Assembly (NCBI GenBank): GCA_903813345.2
Contig: CAIIXF020000001.1
Span: 1,426,001-1,490,000, forward strand
Source of the DNA: Owenia fusiformis
Taxonomy: Eukaryota
Direction: 5' to 3'
DNA length: 64,000 nt
A program made the position numbers and the translations under genes. The notes under the pieces were generated by a model, which worked only from the letters and a program-made list of their open reading frames with translations, had not been told where the DNA came from and did not search any database. Positions 12,935 through 24,539 of this stretch are shown here, in pieces (position 1 is the first letter of the stretch; every line of letters begins with the position of its first letter).

Positions 12935-14220
12935 TATCTGTTATTTATGTCATTAGGAAAAATTCCATCCCTGTGATCAATAAAACCGAACACTATTTCA
13001 AGAAAAATTCAAGATGGCCGCCATATAGGCATAATTTGGTACAAATAACACTCTAGATTCATATATAGAGATAAATATGGTTTAAAAATAATATTGGAAC
13101 AGGAGTAAAGCATGTTGTTTACATCTAGAAATACAGTCACATTCATTAATGATTTGAATTTGGACAAAATGATTTTATATAGGGATTCTACAAGGTTCTA
13201 TTTTGGGAGGGCTCTTATTTTGCAACAACTGAAGTCTGTATTTGTAAGTCCTGACTTTTTACATCTCTTATTATGCTATTAGGAAAAATTCCATCCCTGT
13301 GATCGATAAAACCAAACACTATTTCAAGAAAAATCCAAAATGGCCGCCATATATGCATAATTTGGTAAAAATAACATTATAGATTCATATATAGAGATAA
13401 ATGTGGTTTAAAAATAATACTGTTTCAGTAGTAAAGCATGTTGTTTACATCTAGAAATACAGTAACATTCATTAATGATTTGAATTTGGACAAAATGACT
13501 TTATATAGGGATTCTACAAGGTTCTATTTTGGGAGGGCTCTTATTTTGCAACAATTGAAGTGAATGAACCTGTTTTCTTAAATACGATAATATTTCACAC
13601 ATCTTTTCAATCTAATATTTCAAGTTCAAGTTAAATTATTGTCTTACAAGTATAAAATAGCCTTTAAAGGAGTTCCACATGGTTCCTTTTTACTCAGTTA
13701 TAATCACAATCTCATATATACTGTCATAAAATGTTAATGACTTATACAGAATTGCATGTGCAATTGCACAAGTCTGTACATGTAAGTCCTGACTTTTTAC
13801 ATCTGTTATTATGCTATTAGGAAAAATTCCATCCCTGTGATCGATAAAATCGAACAGTATTTCAAGAAAAATTCAAAATGGCCGCCATATACGCATAATT
13901 TTGTACAAATAACACTGTAGATTCATATATAGAGATAAATGTGGTTTAAAAATAATACTGTTTCAGGAGTAAAGCATGTAGTTTACATCTAGTATTTTGG
14001 GAGGGCTCTTATTTTGCAACAACTTAAGCGAATGACCCTGTTTTCTTGAATAAAGATAATATTTCAAACATCATTTTATCTTATATTTCAGGTTCAAATT
14101 AAATTATTGTCTTCCAAATACAAAATAGCCTTTGAAGGAGTTCCACATGGATGTTTTTTACTCTGTTATAATTTCAATCTCATAAATACTGTCACAAAAT
14201 GTAAGTCCTGGCTTTTTACA
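12935..14220. repeat. Three tandem imperfect copies (300-540 bp) of the 3' region of an Academ-like element
   Basis: Block AGGAAAAATTCCATCCCTGTGATC...TGGCCGCCATA recurs near 12955, 13280 and 13820; junctions at GTAAGTCCTGACTTTTTACA. Confidence 0.8.
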
Positions 14221-14550
14221 AGTGCATACAGAACATAGCTTTTTATATGAACATTGTACAAGAGCTTGGCAGGCTTTGGAGGACTGTGTCTGGATTGTCC
14301 ACAGTGGGGTAACAGTTTCATTATTGTCCCATCCCCAGTTGATGTAGTCGTAAAGGCCAGGTGGTGAAGCATTTAGCATTTGTCCCCAAACTACACCAGC
14401 CTGGTAAGCTATTCCTTTAATGTGCTATTCCAAGGCATGTGAGTTGGTGGAATTCTCTCGATTGGTCTTTCTTTTTTGCAAAATAAGCACTTTCTGGGTG
14501 TATTTATATCAATTGTTTCACTTGTTCTGTATATGGAAAACACCCACATA
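14190..14550 (-). pseudogene. Academ transposase C-terminal relic (XPG-like end plus Cys-rich finger)
   Basis: Manual translation across one frameshift and one stop: YRTSETIDINTPRKCLFCKKERPIERIPPT / HALE*HIKGIAYQAGVVWGQ...WGW...PLWT...SKACQALVQCSYKKLC..CTCKKPGLT. Confidence 0.8.
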
Positions 14551-15274
14551 TGAGTTGGGCTGTTGCCCTAGTACATGTAGTTGTTCCAGATATGTCATGT
14601 TTGCAAAATGTTAGAATATATTTTTTACCATATTTTATATTCATTTTTGTTTATTCTTAAAAAACCATCCATGGCCTTAGCTCGAGACATTACAAAATTA
14701 ATTGTTCATTAAATATTATTTAGAAATTGTGATAATTTAATAATTCAAAATAATTGTAGAATATTGGAAGATTTAATTTCTAATTAGCAAATTCCTACCC
14801 AAATTTTAAATTATCTTCCCTCCAATCGTTTCCTTCCTCTTTACTGAGGAGTCATGACATCCCACATATTTGATTTTCACAATTAAAGGACACGGTGTCC
14901 AATAGGGTGGTCCAAAATATGGCGAAAAACCAACTTTGTTTCAGATCATCTTCCTCATTTCACTTACTGTTGTCCATGACCTAAAACACCTGCACACCAA
15001 ATTTTAAGACCCAAATCACATGGGAAATTTACCCACGCTTCGACTGAAAATTCGGTTATTTCATGATTTTTTGCTATTTTCGATAAATTGTCATCTCCCT
15101 TTTCCTGGTATAATGTGTTTCTATTTTTTCATAATAAAAATTTTTGTAGGACTCTTTATTACTTCATAATACTAGGAACCCATACACCAAATGTTGAGAC
15201 CCAAATCCCATGGGGAATTTGTTTTGATTTAAGTATGCTTCTTCTAAGTTCGAACTGGGTACTCTGTTAAGATT

Positions 15275-17187
15275 GGAAGGGGCCCATATTTCAGCCCCAT
15301 ATAGACAAATTGGTTTTATCATTTGATCAAACAAAGCTGTGGTTTTATATCACTCTGTTGGAGGCATCTTTTAAGTTTAAGAATCGCCTTACTAGCCTTT
15401 TCATGGAGGTGTGTTTGGGCTGATATAAAGCTGCCTGATGCTCGAAATATCACACCAAGGTACTTGTATCCTTTGAACTTGGAGTCTACCATATGAGATA
15501 TAGTCAGTACAAAGATGCCAATTCTTTTGGAATTTAATCATCTTGGTTTTATTTATGTTAATATTAAGTTTTCACCAGTCACAATATTCTTTTAAAGAAT
15601 CTAAAGATCTTTGTAATCCATGTTTAGAAGTTGAGAATAAGACAATTTCATCAGCGTACATAAGCATGTTAATAATTTCTTCTCCAATAGATGGACAATC
15701 ATTTGTAAAGCCAATAGTATCGGGTAAGTCATTTAGGAATAAATTGAAAAGACAGGGGGACATCGGATCCCCTTGTTTTACACCAATATTTGCTACTTTG
15801 AATATAGTTCTCTTCCCAAGGTTATTGTTTGTGATGCAAAATTTATTATTATCATACATGTGTTCAATGATATTTAATGTTCTACCACGAATTCCCGAGT
15901 TTAAAAGCTTAAATACTAGTCCCCTGTGCAAGATCGGGTCAAACGCTTTTTAAAAATCAATGAAACAAGCATAGATATGTTCTTTACAGTTGTTTGATAA
16001 GTGTTTATCAATTAACGTTCAAAACACAAACTTGTGATCGGATGTATGTGTTTTTTGCTTGAAGCCGATAATACACTTATAATAGATAATTACTGTTGAG
16101 TAGAAATGATTTAATTCTATTATTAAGAATAGTGTTAAACACCTTGCCTAGGCAGTTACAATTTTGTATTAATGGTTATTCCTCTATAGTTGCTCATATC
16201 TGAAGGTTTACCAGATTTTAGAATGGATGATATGTAACCTTCATTCCATGTTTTTGGATATTCGCCGCAATTAAGAATTTCGTTAAAAATGCTATTTAAG
16301 AATTTCAAGGATTGAGTAATACTGTGCTTCAGTTGCTGTGTGAAGAAGCGATTCATAATAAAGTAATTGCTCGGATTTCAATTTCATGTTATATTTATTC
16401 ATAGTCTATAAAAATTACAATTCTAAATGAGCTGACAATCGCTTCTTAGCATTATAGGCTAGCTTTTACTTAATTAATTACAAAATATAGTTACATAAAA
16501 TGATTCAATTGCTCGGATGAGGAGATATGATTTGTATTTGGTGCCTGACTTGGAACTGTTGACACTGATTTTAGTTGTTCAACTAATTTCCAATATTCTG
16601 AAGGGTTATTATCACTCATAATATGTAACTGATTAATTATGTTTGTTTTTTGTTGTTTTTTACTGCTTACACTTCTTTTTAAAAAAAATTTTAAGCTTGA
16701 AATAATTCAGCCTCTTTTTATTATTGCTATGATCGCGGGCTAACAAATTTCCTAATTTATTCACCTCTTTCTTCATTTGACTACATGACTTATAGAACCA
16801 TGGAGTGGTTCTTCTAATCAATGGTTTATTTGACATGATTTTCCGTTTAATGAGACATTCATTTGCCGATAATCTATAAGCGTTAGTCAAAAGTTCTGTT
16901 GCTTCATCGGTGTCTAGTTCATTGATACTTTTTGAACTGAATGCCTGGTTCAGATTATTCAATAATGAATTTTTAAAGCTCTCTATTCTGTTTATACCAC
17001 TTATATGTGCAAGGTAATTCTTTATGTAAGACCCCCGTGTCGTTATTGCAATGAGTAGTGCACAGAGTATTAAGAGATACCTTGATACTTAGGGATATTA
17101 GACAGTGGTATGATAAGGTACCCATGAAATCATGAACTCTGAAATATCTAATTTTGTTTACTAAATCCTGTTGCACTAAAGCATAGT
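15275..17187 (-). mobile_element. Degenerate non-LTR retrotransposon (RTE-X-like), 3' part with RT
   Basis: Fragmented ORFs: YRGITIN, YACFIDF.KAFD, GVKQGDPMSP.LFNLFLNDL, MYADE, YKYLG, LFDQMIKPICLYGAEIW. Confidence 0.88.
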
Positions 17188-19462
17188 TCATTTTTTGGTT
17201 CATTATACATTTATTTCAATCATATTGCAGTCAAAAGAGTTACACAGGTCGCTGCCTAGCGCAATGTGCATTACAGGCTAGCGTTTTGAAATGAATATAA
17301 ATTAAATTAATTTAATTAGTTGAGTGAGTTATACATATAAATGTGCTAACTAGTTGCCTACACCTAATGGTGAAAAGTAAATCAAAATAAAATAGGTTAG
17401 GTTAGGTTAAGCTAAGAATAAAATCAACGAACCTTCCTTTTAGTTGAGAATCTTGTTGAATTGAGAATGAATTTTTGAAAATTAAAAATTCAATTTTGTC
17501 TTGTCCACTGAGATGGGTCTCAAGGTTTTGCTGCTCAAGGGTTTCTTCAAGGTTTTTCCTTTGTGTTGAATGGCGCTTACATTGCAGAATCAGGTGTTTA
17601 GGGGTTGCACTCTTACCACAGACACAAAGATTAGTTGTGTTGGGAAAATTATGAGCAAACTTTTGTGATTCAAAATAGAGTCCGCATCTAATTCTGTTCA
17701 AGGTAATTTCTTGTTTTCGAGAAAGATTGAGTTTAGAAGTTGTATTGAAGTCATTAAACTTTGAAGATTTCTTTTTGATTTTACTTTTGAACAAAGAGAT
17801 GGTGGGAGTAGACCTCTCTTCTAGTGATAACTTATTCCATTCAGAGATCAATCTTAGCACTGGTCCATTAATTAGTCGTGCACTTGATTTAACCGGTATT
17901 TGGAAAGGTCTATGGGTTCTGAGAACCCTTCTTTGCTCAGATTTATAATGGTCAAAACATTCAACAATATAATCGGGTGCCATATTTCTACAAATTTTAA
18001 ACATAATAATGAGATTTTTGTCTCTCCTTCTGGACTCAAGTGGTTTCCACTTCAGGCAATCAAGAGTTTTAAGAGTACTTGATCCATGTAATGCCCCAGA
18101 GCAGCTGAGTGCTGCTGCTCTATAGTGCAATCTGTCTAGTTTTATCAAATTTTGAGCTGTGCTTGAGCCATAGATTGAACTACAATAGTCCAGGTGTGGT
18201 AAAATAAAGGAGTTATATATAAGTTCAAGGTGCCTAGATTTTAATTTATAAGATAGTGATTTCAGTGGATTGAGTTGTTTTTGCACCTTGCTGGCAAGTT
18301 CACTTATATGTACATCAAATTTTAAGCGGTGGTCAAAAGTGAATCCCAGGTGTTTATGGGAAGTTTTGTATGGGATTTCAACACCTTCAAAGAATAAGGG
18401 CATAATGTCAAAATTATTAATATTCTTGGGTTGGAATATCATGTGAGCACTTTTTGATGCTTTAAATTGTAAATGCCATTTAATAGACCACTGTTCAATT
18501 ATGTTCAGATCATGTTGCAGGTCAAAGGTTTGGTTATCATCGATATTGAAAGAGGCATAGGCTGACGTGTCGTCCGCATAAATATAACATTCTGATCTGA
18601 GGTTGTCAGGAAGATCGTTTATGTAGATGAGAAATAGGAGTGGCCCAAGGACAGATCCCTGAGGTACTCCTGTGTTAATGTATCCGATATTTGAAAAGTT
18701 GGATTTTACATCATCAACTGTTACACAGATTTTTCTTTCTGAGAGGTAGGATTTAAGAAGTGTTAGGGTCATACCAGAAATTCCGTAAGATTCTAGTTTA
18801 TGGAGAAGTAGAGAGTGCGGAACAGAATAAAACGCAGAACTGATATCAAGGAAACAGGCATTTACACATTTCCCTTTTTCGAATTCATTCAAAATAAAGT
18901 CAATGATAGCCGTAATTTGGAGTTCAGTATAATGACCAGCTAAGAATCCGGATTGTTTTGCAAAGAGTAGTTTGTTTCTAAAAATATGCTCGGTAATTTG
19001 AGAGTGGACAACTGTCTCCAGGATTTTTGAAAATCCTTGAAGTAAAGTTATAGGTCTATAATTTTCAATAGCTGATCTGTCGGTTTTTTTTTGAAGATGG
19101 GGATGGTGTTGCCTTCCTTCCATATAGTTGGAAATTCTCCAGTCTTGAAGATAAGATTAAAGAGGTCAGCAAGCTTAACTGATAGTGATGGGGAAGCTAA
19201 TTTGATCATATCATTGGTTACATTATCTAAGCCAGCTGCTTTATTCTTTTTTAGTGATTTAATAATAAGGTCAAGGTCTTCTGATGATGTGCTTAAGTTA
19301 TCCATTTTGATATGGGTTCTTTTATTAAATTGTGGGAGTGAATGGTCAAAATTGTGGTCAGTGTGATATTTTGATGTAAAAAAAGATAGAAACAAATTTG
19401 CCTTTTCAAGGCTTGTAGTTGCAAGTAGATTCCCAAAAATCAAAGAGGGAAATCCAGTATAT
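17188..19462 (-). mobile_element. Young 5'-truncated CR1/L2-group LINE nested in the RTE-X-like LINE
   Basis: RT ORF 19462-17402 with a single frameshift in an A9 run; YRPITLL, GVPQGSVLGPLLFLIYIND, YADD, C-terminal CVCG...H...C; AATAAA before the 3' end; 13-bp TSD ACTAAAGCATAGT at 17175-17187 and 19463-19475. Confidence 0.93.
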
Positions 19463-19640
19463 ACTAAAGCATAGTCAACTAAGCTACTACCATTCCACTG
19501 ATGGCAAGTTAATGACCCAGTAAGGTCGCCCAAAGTTCTGCCATTAAAGGTTCAATAAAGACCATAGAAGAAATTTGGGAATCATTTTACCTTCCCCGAG
19601 CTATTAGTGCAACTTTTAGCCTAATGTCTTCTTTGCCATA
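19463..19640 (-). mobile_element. 5' part of the same RTE-X-like LINE (end of the endonuclease domain)
   Basis: NGRTLGDLTGSLTCHQWNGSSLVDYALV continues into YALVQQDL...TLSYHCLIS on the other side of the nested insertion. Confidence 0.8.
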
Positions 19641-19805
19641 CCTATTTTCTTAAAATGTATGCACTTGTCGACGAATACCACCATTCAGACTTGCAAATAG
19701 ACTTCTAAATAAGCAATTGAAAGGATGGACGTCCCGCATTTTGTTTTTTGAAACATTTCTGAATCTCCGCCATTTAAAATTCTAACTGCAGCTGAGATTA
19801 AGTAA

Positions 19806-21019
19806 AGCTACGTTCACACCAACGGCGAATGTTACGCTTTAAATCGGCGAGCAAAGCGGCATCAAAGCATGGCGCTTTAAAGCGACTTGTAAAGCGGCAC
19901 CAAAGCGTAACAAAGCTTGATTAAAGCGTCGGGGTCGTAATAGGTCGTAGAAAAGCTCGGAGTAAAGCGGGATGTTCGGCAAGAGCGCCAAAATTTTTTA
20001 AACTGTTTAAAAATTTTGGGCGCTCCGTTACGAATTGATTAAAGCGCTGAGAGCGTATCAAAGCTTAACAAACCATAACAAAGCTCAGCAAATCTTGACC
20101 CAAAGCGTAGGAAAGCTTAACAGAGCTTGGTTCAAAGCGGGGACCCCAAACTCTTCACGGTGTGTTACCACTTGACACGCTTCGTTTAGATGACTCAAGC
20201 TTTGCTACGATCTGGCATGAAGATCTGACACGAGGTCAGACGCTTTCATCAATATCTGACACTCTTTGTTACGCTTTCATGAAGGACTCTCAAGCTTTTT
20301 AACGAATTGAGACTTTTTAATCAAGGTGAAACGCTTTGTTAAGCTTTGTTACGCTTGACAAGCTTCCTTGTGCTCTCTCACGCTCTTTCACGCCGTGCGT
20401 CAAACATCATGTCTTCTTCAGATAGGTCATGATCTGGTCCATCTGGAATTGCTGGACCTTGTTGTTCTGCCATCGTCTTCTCGAGTCAAAGATGCAATGG
20501 TTTTATGGATCTTCTGCATCTTTATACAGCCATTTGATCAAACGCGTCATGATAAAGGCGATCTCGAAAATGCACAACAGAGCTTGGCAATCGTATCAGA
20601 GCCTGATTAAAGCGTCATAATCGCATCAAAGCGTAATAATGCTTACCAAAGCTTATCAAAGCGTGATTTTAAGCGTAACAAAGCCTGGTCGAAGCGGGAT
20701 CATAGCGTGAGGAACTCTGATACAAGCGTATCAGAGCTTATCAGAGCGTAACATTACTTAGGAGATCATGATATTTTTGGAAAAGTAAACAAAAATGTCG
20801 GAGCTTTGCTCGCCGATTTAAAGCGATTTAAAGCATTCGCCGTTGGTGTGAACGTAGCTTTAAAAATGTTTGGCGCTCTTGCCGAATATCCCGCTTTACT
20901 CCGAGCTTTTCTACGACCTATTACGACCCCGACGCTTTAATCAAGCTTTGTTACGCTTTGGTGCCGCTTTACAAGCCACTTTAAAGCGCCATCAAAGCGC
21001 CGTTGGTGTGAACGTAGCT
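19806..21019. mobile_element. PIF/Harbinger-like MITE with a duplicated terminus
   Basis: TIR AGCTACGTTCACACCAACGGCG at 19806, inverse copies ending at 20859 and 21019; TAA on both outer flanks; many AAAGCG/CGCTTT subterminal motifs. Confidence 0.8.
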
Positions 21020-21039
21020 TAAGGCCGCATGTCAGCATG

Positions 21040-21343
21040 CAAGGAGGATTGGCTCCCAGAGTGCAACATCGATATTCTGTCCCATATATGGGCATGTCGT
21101 GCTACAAAATTTGAATTCCAACAGCCGCCATTTTGTTCACTTCAACATTTGAATCGTAAATTTTGGTCTTATTTCCTAACGAAAAATTCCAAAACTCACA
21201 GGAAATGATCGAGATATTGGTTCGAATCTTTTGAACTGTTTATTTTGAATTTATAATCGGTTATAATTTCAGAAAATTACGACATCTCGGCGTTTTCATT
21301 GTTGGAAAATATCGACTTCGATTCTGGGAGCCAATCCTCCTTG
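21040..21343. mobile_element. 304-bp MITE with a 9-bp TSD (Mutator-like by TSD length)
   Basis: TIR CAAGGAGGATTGGCTCCCAGA; GTCAGCATG duplicated at 21031-21039 and 21344-21352. Confidence 0.8.
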
Positions 21344-21845
21344 GTCAGCATGTTTACAGTATAACCGCGGTTGTCTTATATAACCGTATGCATGGTACAC
21401 GATATGACCGCCGTTGACGGTCTATTACCGGCGACTCTTGCAGTTAGCCTGGTCCACTGACGAAGAAAAATCAAAAAAAAATCGAAGACTAAAACACCTC
21501 AAATCCGCCCATATTCAAGGTCTTCTTGACACGCGCATGGTCTATCACAAACAGAATGTTGGATAGAACGTTAGGTGCAAACGGGGCTGGAATCCAATGA
21601 CAATATCACCGGGAAATCATTAAAAGGTACGTGAGCATTTTTCTGTCGATGTCGGGAGAAGATTCCCGGGGATGCCAGTGATTGTGAATATGAAATTCCT
21701 CGTTTAATGTTGGAAAAGGGCAAGCTGCTCACCTTCTTCCGATAGGTGACACTTGTCCCTTGCTTGAGTATAATCTTGGTACGATTGTACCTCTTGATGC
21801 AAGATTATTGTTTTTAATTGTTATAATGTTGTTATACCCACTATA

Positions 21846-22178
21846 TAACTGAGCCAGTTTGTCGTCATTTAGATCCCTGTAGTCCCCCCTATTTGTGGGA
21901 AGTGACATTTTAACCATATCAATATTACATGTTTGTACATCGTACCTAAATTACTGTAAAATCGGCACTAAAATGGCCGCCATTTTTAAATAAGTGGCCA
22001 TTTTGAAACTCGGCTTTGGAGCAGAATTTCTACCCCAATAAGGTATATGCGTATAAAATATGAACAAAATCGGGCCAACGGTATTTGAGTTAGCGCCCTA
22101 ACGGACGTACGCACGGACGGACGGACGGAGGCGTTCCCTATATAATACCCCTGTGGACTTCGCTCAATGGGATAATAA
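21846..22178 (-). mobile_element. Short Helentron/DINE-type element
   Basis: (GACG)n microsatellite followed by an imperfect terminal hairpin and A-rich end; boundaries approximate. Confidence 0.5.
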
Positions 22179-23619
22179 ATGAATGTATTCATCTTGTATG
22201 GAAAAGTTTAGTATTGACTGAGTTTGTGTTTATATGAAAAAAGCGAAAAGGCCTGACAACATTGTTTCAAAACATTGAACAAAAACATGTACACTTGGTC
22301 TCTTGGGAACTCATCCATTTAGCAACAGACCCAAGCTTCAAAAGGTATCGTTGTATCAAATATAATGGTTTGTGTGAAAGTATTATATTATTGTACATAT
22401 TTTGCACTTCATGGGAATATTTTCTTCGAAAATATTATTGACATGTTACCAATAGAAACTAGAGTAAGAATATGTGATTTAAAAGATGATGCATTCACAC
22501 AAGCAAATCAGAGTTACATATAATTAAAAGTCATATACATATGCATACATATGTATATGGCTTAAATGATATAAGGATTCTTCAAAAACACTACAAACAT
22601 TTTAATTACATACAATATTAGGTATCTTTATCGCAGCCTTTGGTGCTATATTGTTAATCTTGAACTTAGTAGCTTTTGGGCATTATGGGTAAATGTTAAG
22701 GCGGCCATTTTTTTCTTTCCGTCCTGAAAATCCTCAATTTTTGTGAAGTCCATCCTTCATTCAAAGGGCTTAATTTATTCCTATTTATTATTGATAAAAT
22801 CAAACTTACCAAAATAACTTAGCATATCTTTTTTCAAAAATGTTGTTCTATAACTGAAAACATAAGCAACCTGTACAAGACGACCCGACATCACTATCTG
22901 AATATATCTCAGCGAAATGACAATCCAAAACATGTCACTTCAGCCAAATGAAAAATGTTTTTAAAGGGTTACGATGAGCTTCTCGTATAAAAACAATATG
23001 GCGTCCCCAGGCGAGTCTACTGGATCAGTCTATTTATGAGAAATTAGGGTAATTTATTGAAATCGTCTTGAAAATAAGATAATCCGTTTACAATCCTTTG
23101 GATAATTCACTCTCCCGATCTTTACAGCATTGTAAACGGATTATCTTATTTTCAAGACGATTTCAATATTTGTCTGAACAAATGTTAGAGCCATACATAT
23201 ACCTAAATCGATGGAGAGTAGGATCATACTTTGATAGGACCTCCTACCCTTTTACACCTGGTGTGAAAGAAATTATGGTCCCCTGGGGATTATGGTCCCT
23301 TTCTTAAAGGCCCTTACTGGCCCTGATTGTGGATACGATAATAAGGGAAGGAGGTGTATTTAGGTCACCATATAAATCAATGGAAAGTAGGATCATAATT
23401 TGATAGGACCTCCCACCCTTTTACACCGGAATCGCGCCTTTTATACTAAACGGTGAGCAACACCAAAAACGAGCGTTCGATTTACTAATCGATATGCGTC
23501 ACCCTTTAAATGTGTCACGAAATGTAGTTGAGGTATCAGTCAATCATGTCTGGAAATAAAGTTATTGAAATCCTTCACGCGTGTTTATGGACGAGTCTGT
23601 CAGAGGAGGGAAGAGTTAA

Positions 23620-24012
23620 GGTACAGCTGGAAAATAACATTTTGGTAAAAAATTGCTATATACCTGCACATGTTATTTTCTGGTACAAAACAAAGTATGA
23701 AGACATGTGTCAATTTCCTTGCTTTTTCAGGAAAGTATCTTTACATTGTCTTCTTTTAGAATATCTGGAAGGAGTTCAATGGAAACTCAAGGAAATTCTT
23801 ATATTTCACACTTTCTATTTTTCCAAAGTTTCCAGACAACACAGGAGCTACCATTTACCTGTTTCTAAGTTTACTAAAAATAGACAGGTTAATGACACTT
23901 TCCTGAAAAAAGCAAGGAAATACACACATGCCTTCATACTTAACTTTGTACCAGAAAATAACATGTGCAAGTATAGCAATTGTTCACCAAAATGTTACTT
24001 TCCAGCTGAACC
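23620..24012. mobile_element. Kolobok-like MITE
   Basis: TTAA on both sides; GGTACAGCTGGAAA...TTTCCAGCTGAACC; ~130-bp inverted arms. Confidence 0.8.
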
Positions 24013-24074
24013 TTAACTATTACTGTAATACAGGTAATTCACTATGAAAGGTTAATTGATGAGGGGGATACCGG

Positions 24075-24289
24075 TGTAACAGAAATAATGGTCCCCTAGG
24101 AATGAATATCCCCCGGACCTATATCCCTAGGAACCCCGGTCCAGGACCGGGGTTTCTAGGGATTTAGGTCCAAGGGGGACCATTATTAAAATGCAGTACT
24201 AGGACCTTTATCCCTAGTATTCATTGTCCTATGTTATATATAGTGTCCCTAGGACAATTCACACTGGGGGGACAACCACTTCTGTCACA
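24075..24289. mobile_element. Ginger-like MITE (TGT...ACA)
   Basis: CCGG-TGTAACAGAA...TTCTGTCACA-TCAG; internal palindrome; related fragments at 23200-23430 end in TTTTACA-CCGG. Confidence 0.5.
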
Positions 24290-24421
24290 TCAGAAGCAGG
24301 TTTAATTGTCCTCTACATTATAAAACTATATACTAGTATAAACATTATAATATACTATATACTAGTATAAACATTATAATATACGTATAGTAATAATCAA
24401 AATCAGCTTTCTGCATCCCAA

Positions 24422-24512
24422 CTGCTGTGGCTGAATGGATAGAGGCGCTGCTAAGTACTGTATATAATTATTTGTAAGATTTTACATTGTTCTAGGTTCG
24501 AATCCCCGTCGA
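24422..24512 (+). other. tRNA-derived Pol III-like sequence (SINE head or tRNA pseudogene)
   Basis: A box TGGCTGAATGG at 24428 and B box GGTTCGAATCC at 24495; AT-rich middle with no credible anticodon arm. Confidence 0.55.
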
Positions 24513-24539
24513 AACGTATTTATTCTTGTGTATATATAT

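Noticed and set aside
21540-21800. GC-richer stretch with a GQAAHLLP (HNH-like) peptide on the plus strand
   Set aside because: Stops in all frames and too short to support a call
21729-21917. ORF ending at an AG/GTGAG donor, phase-compatible with the 870-618 exon
   Set aside because: Its start lies inside a Helentron-type repeat and the peptide has no recognisable features; probably chance
23528-24016. 162-aa ORF
   Set aside because: Lies almost entirely within a palindromic Kolobok-like MITE
24422-24512. Functional tRNA gene
   Set aside because: Only A and B boxes are recognisable; acceptor and anticodon stems do not pair convincingly
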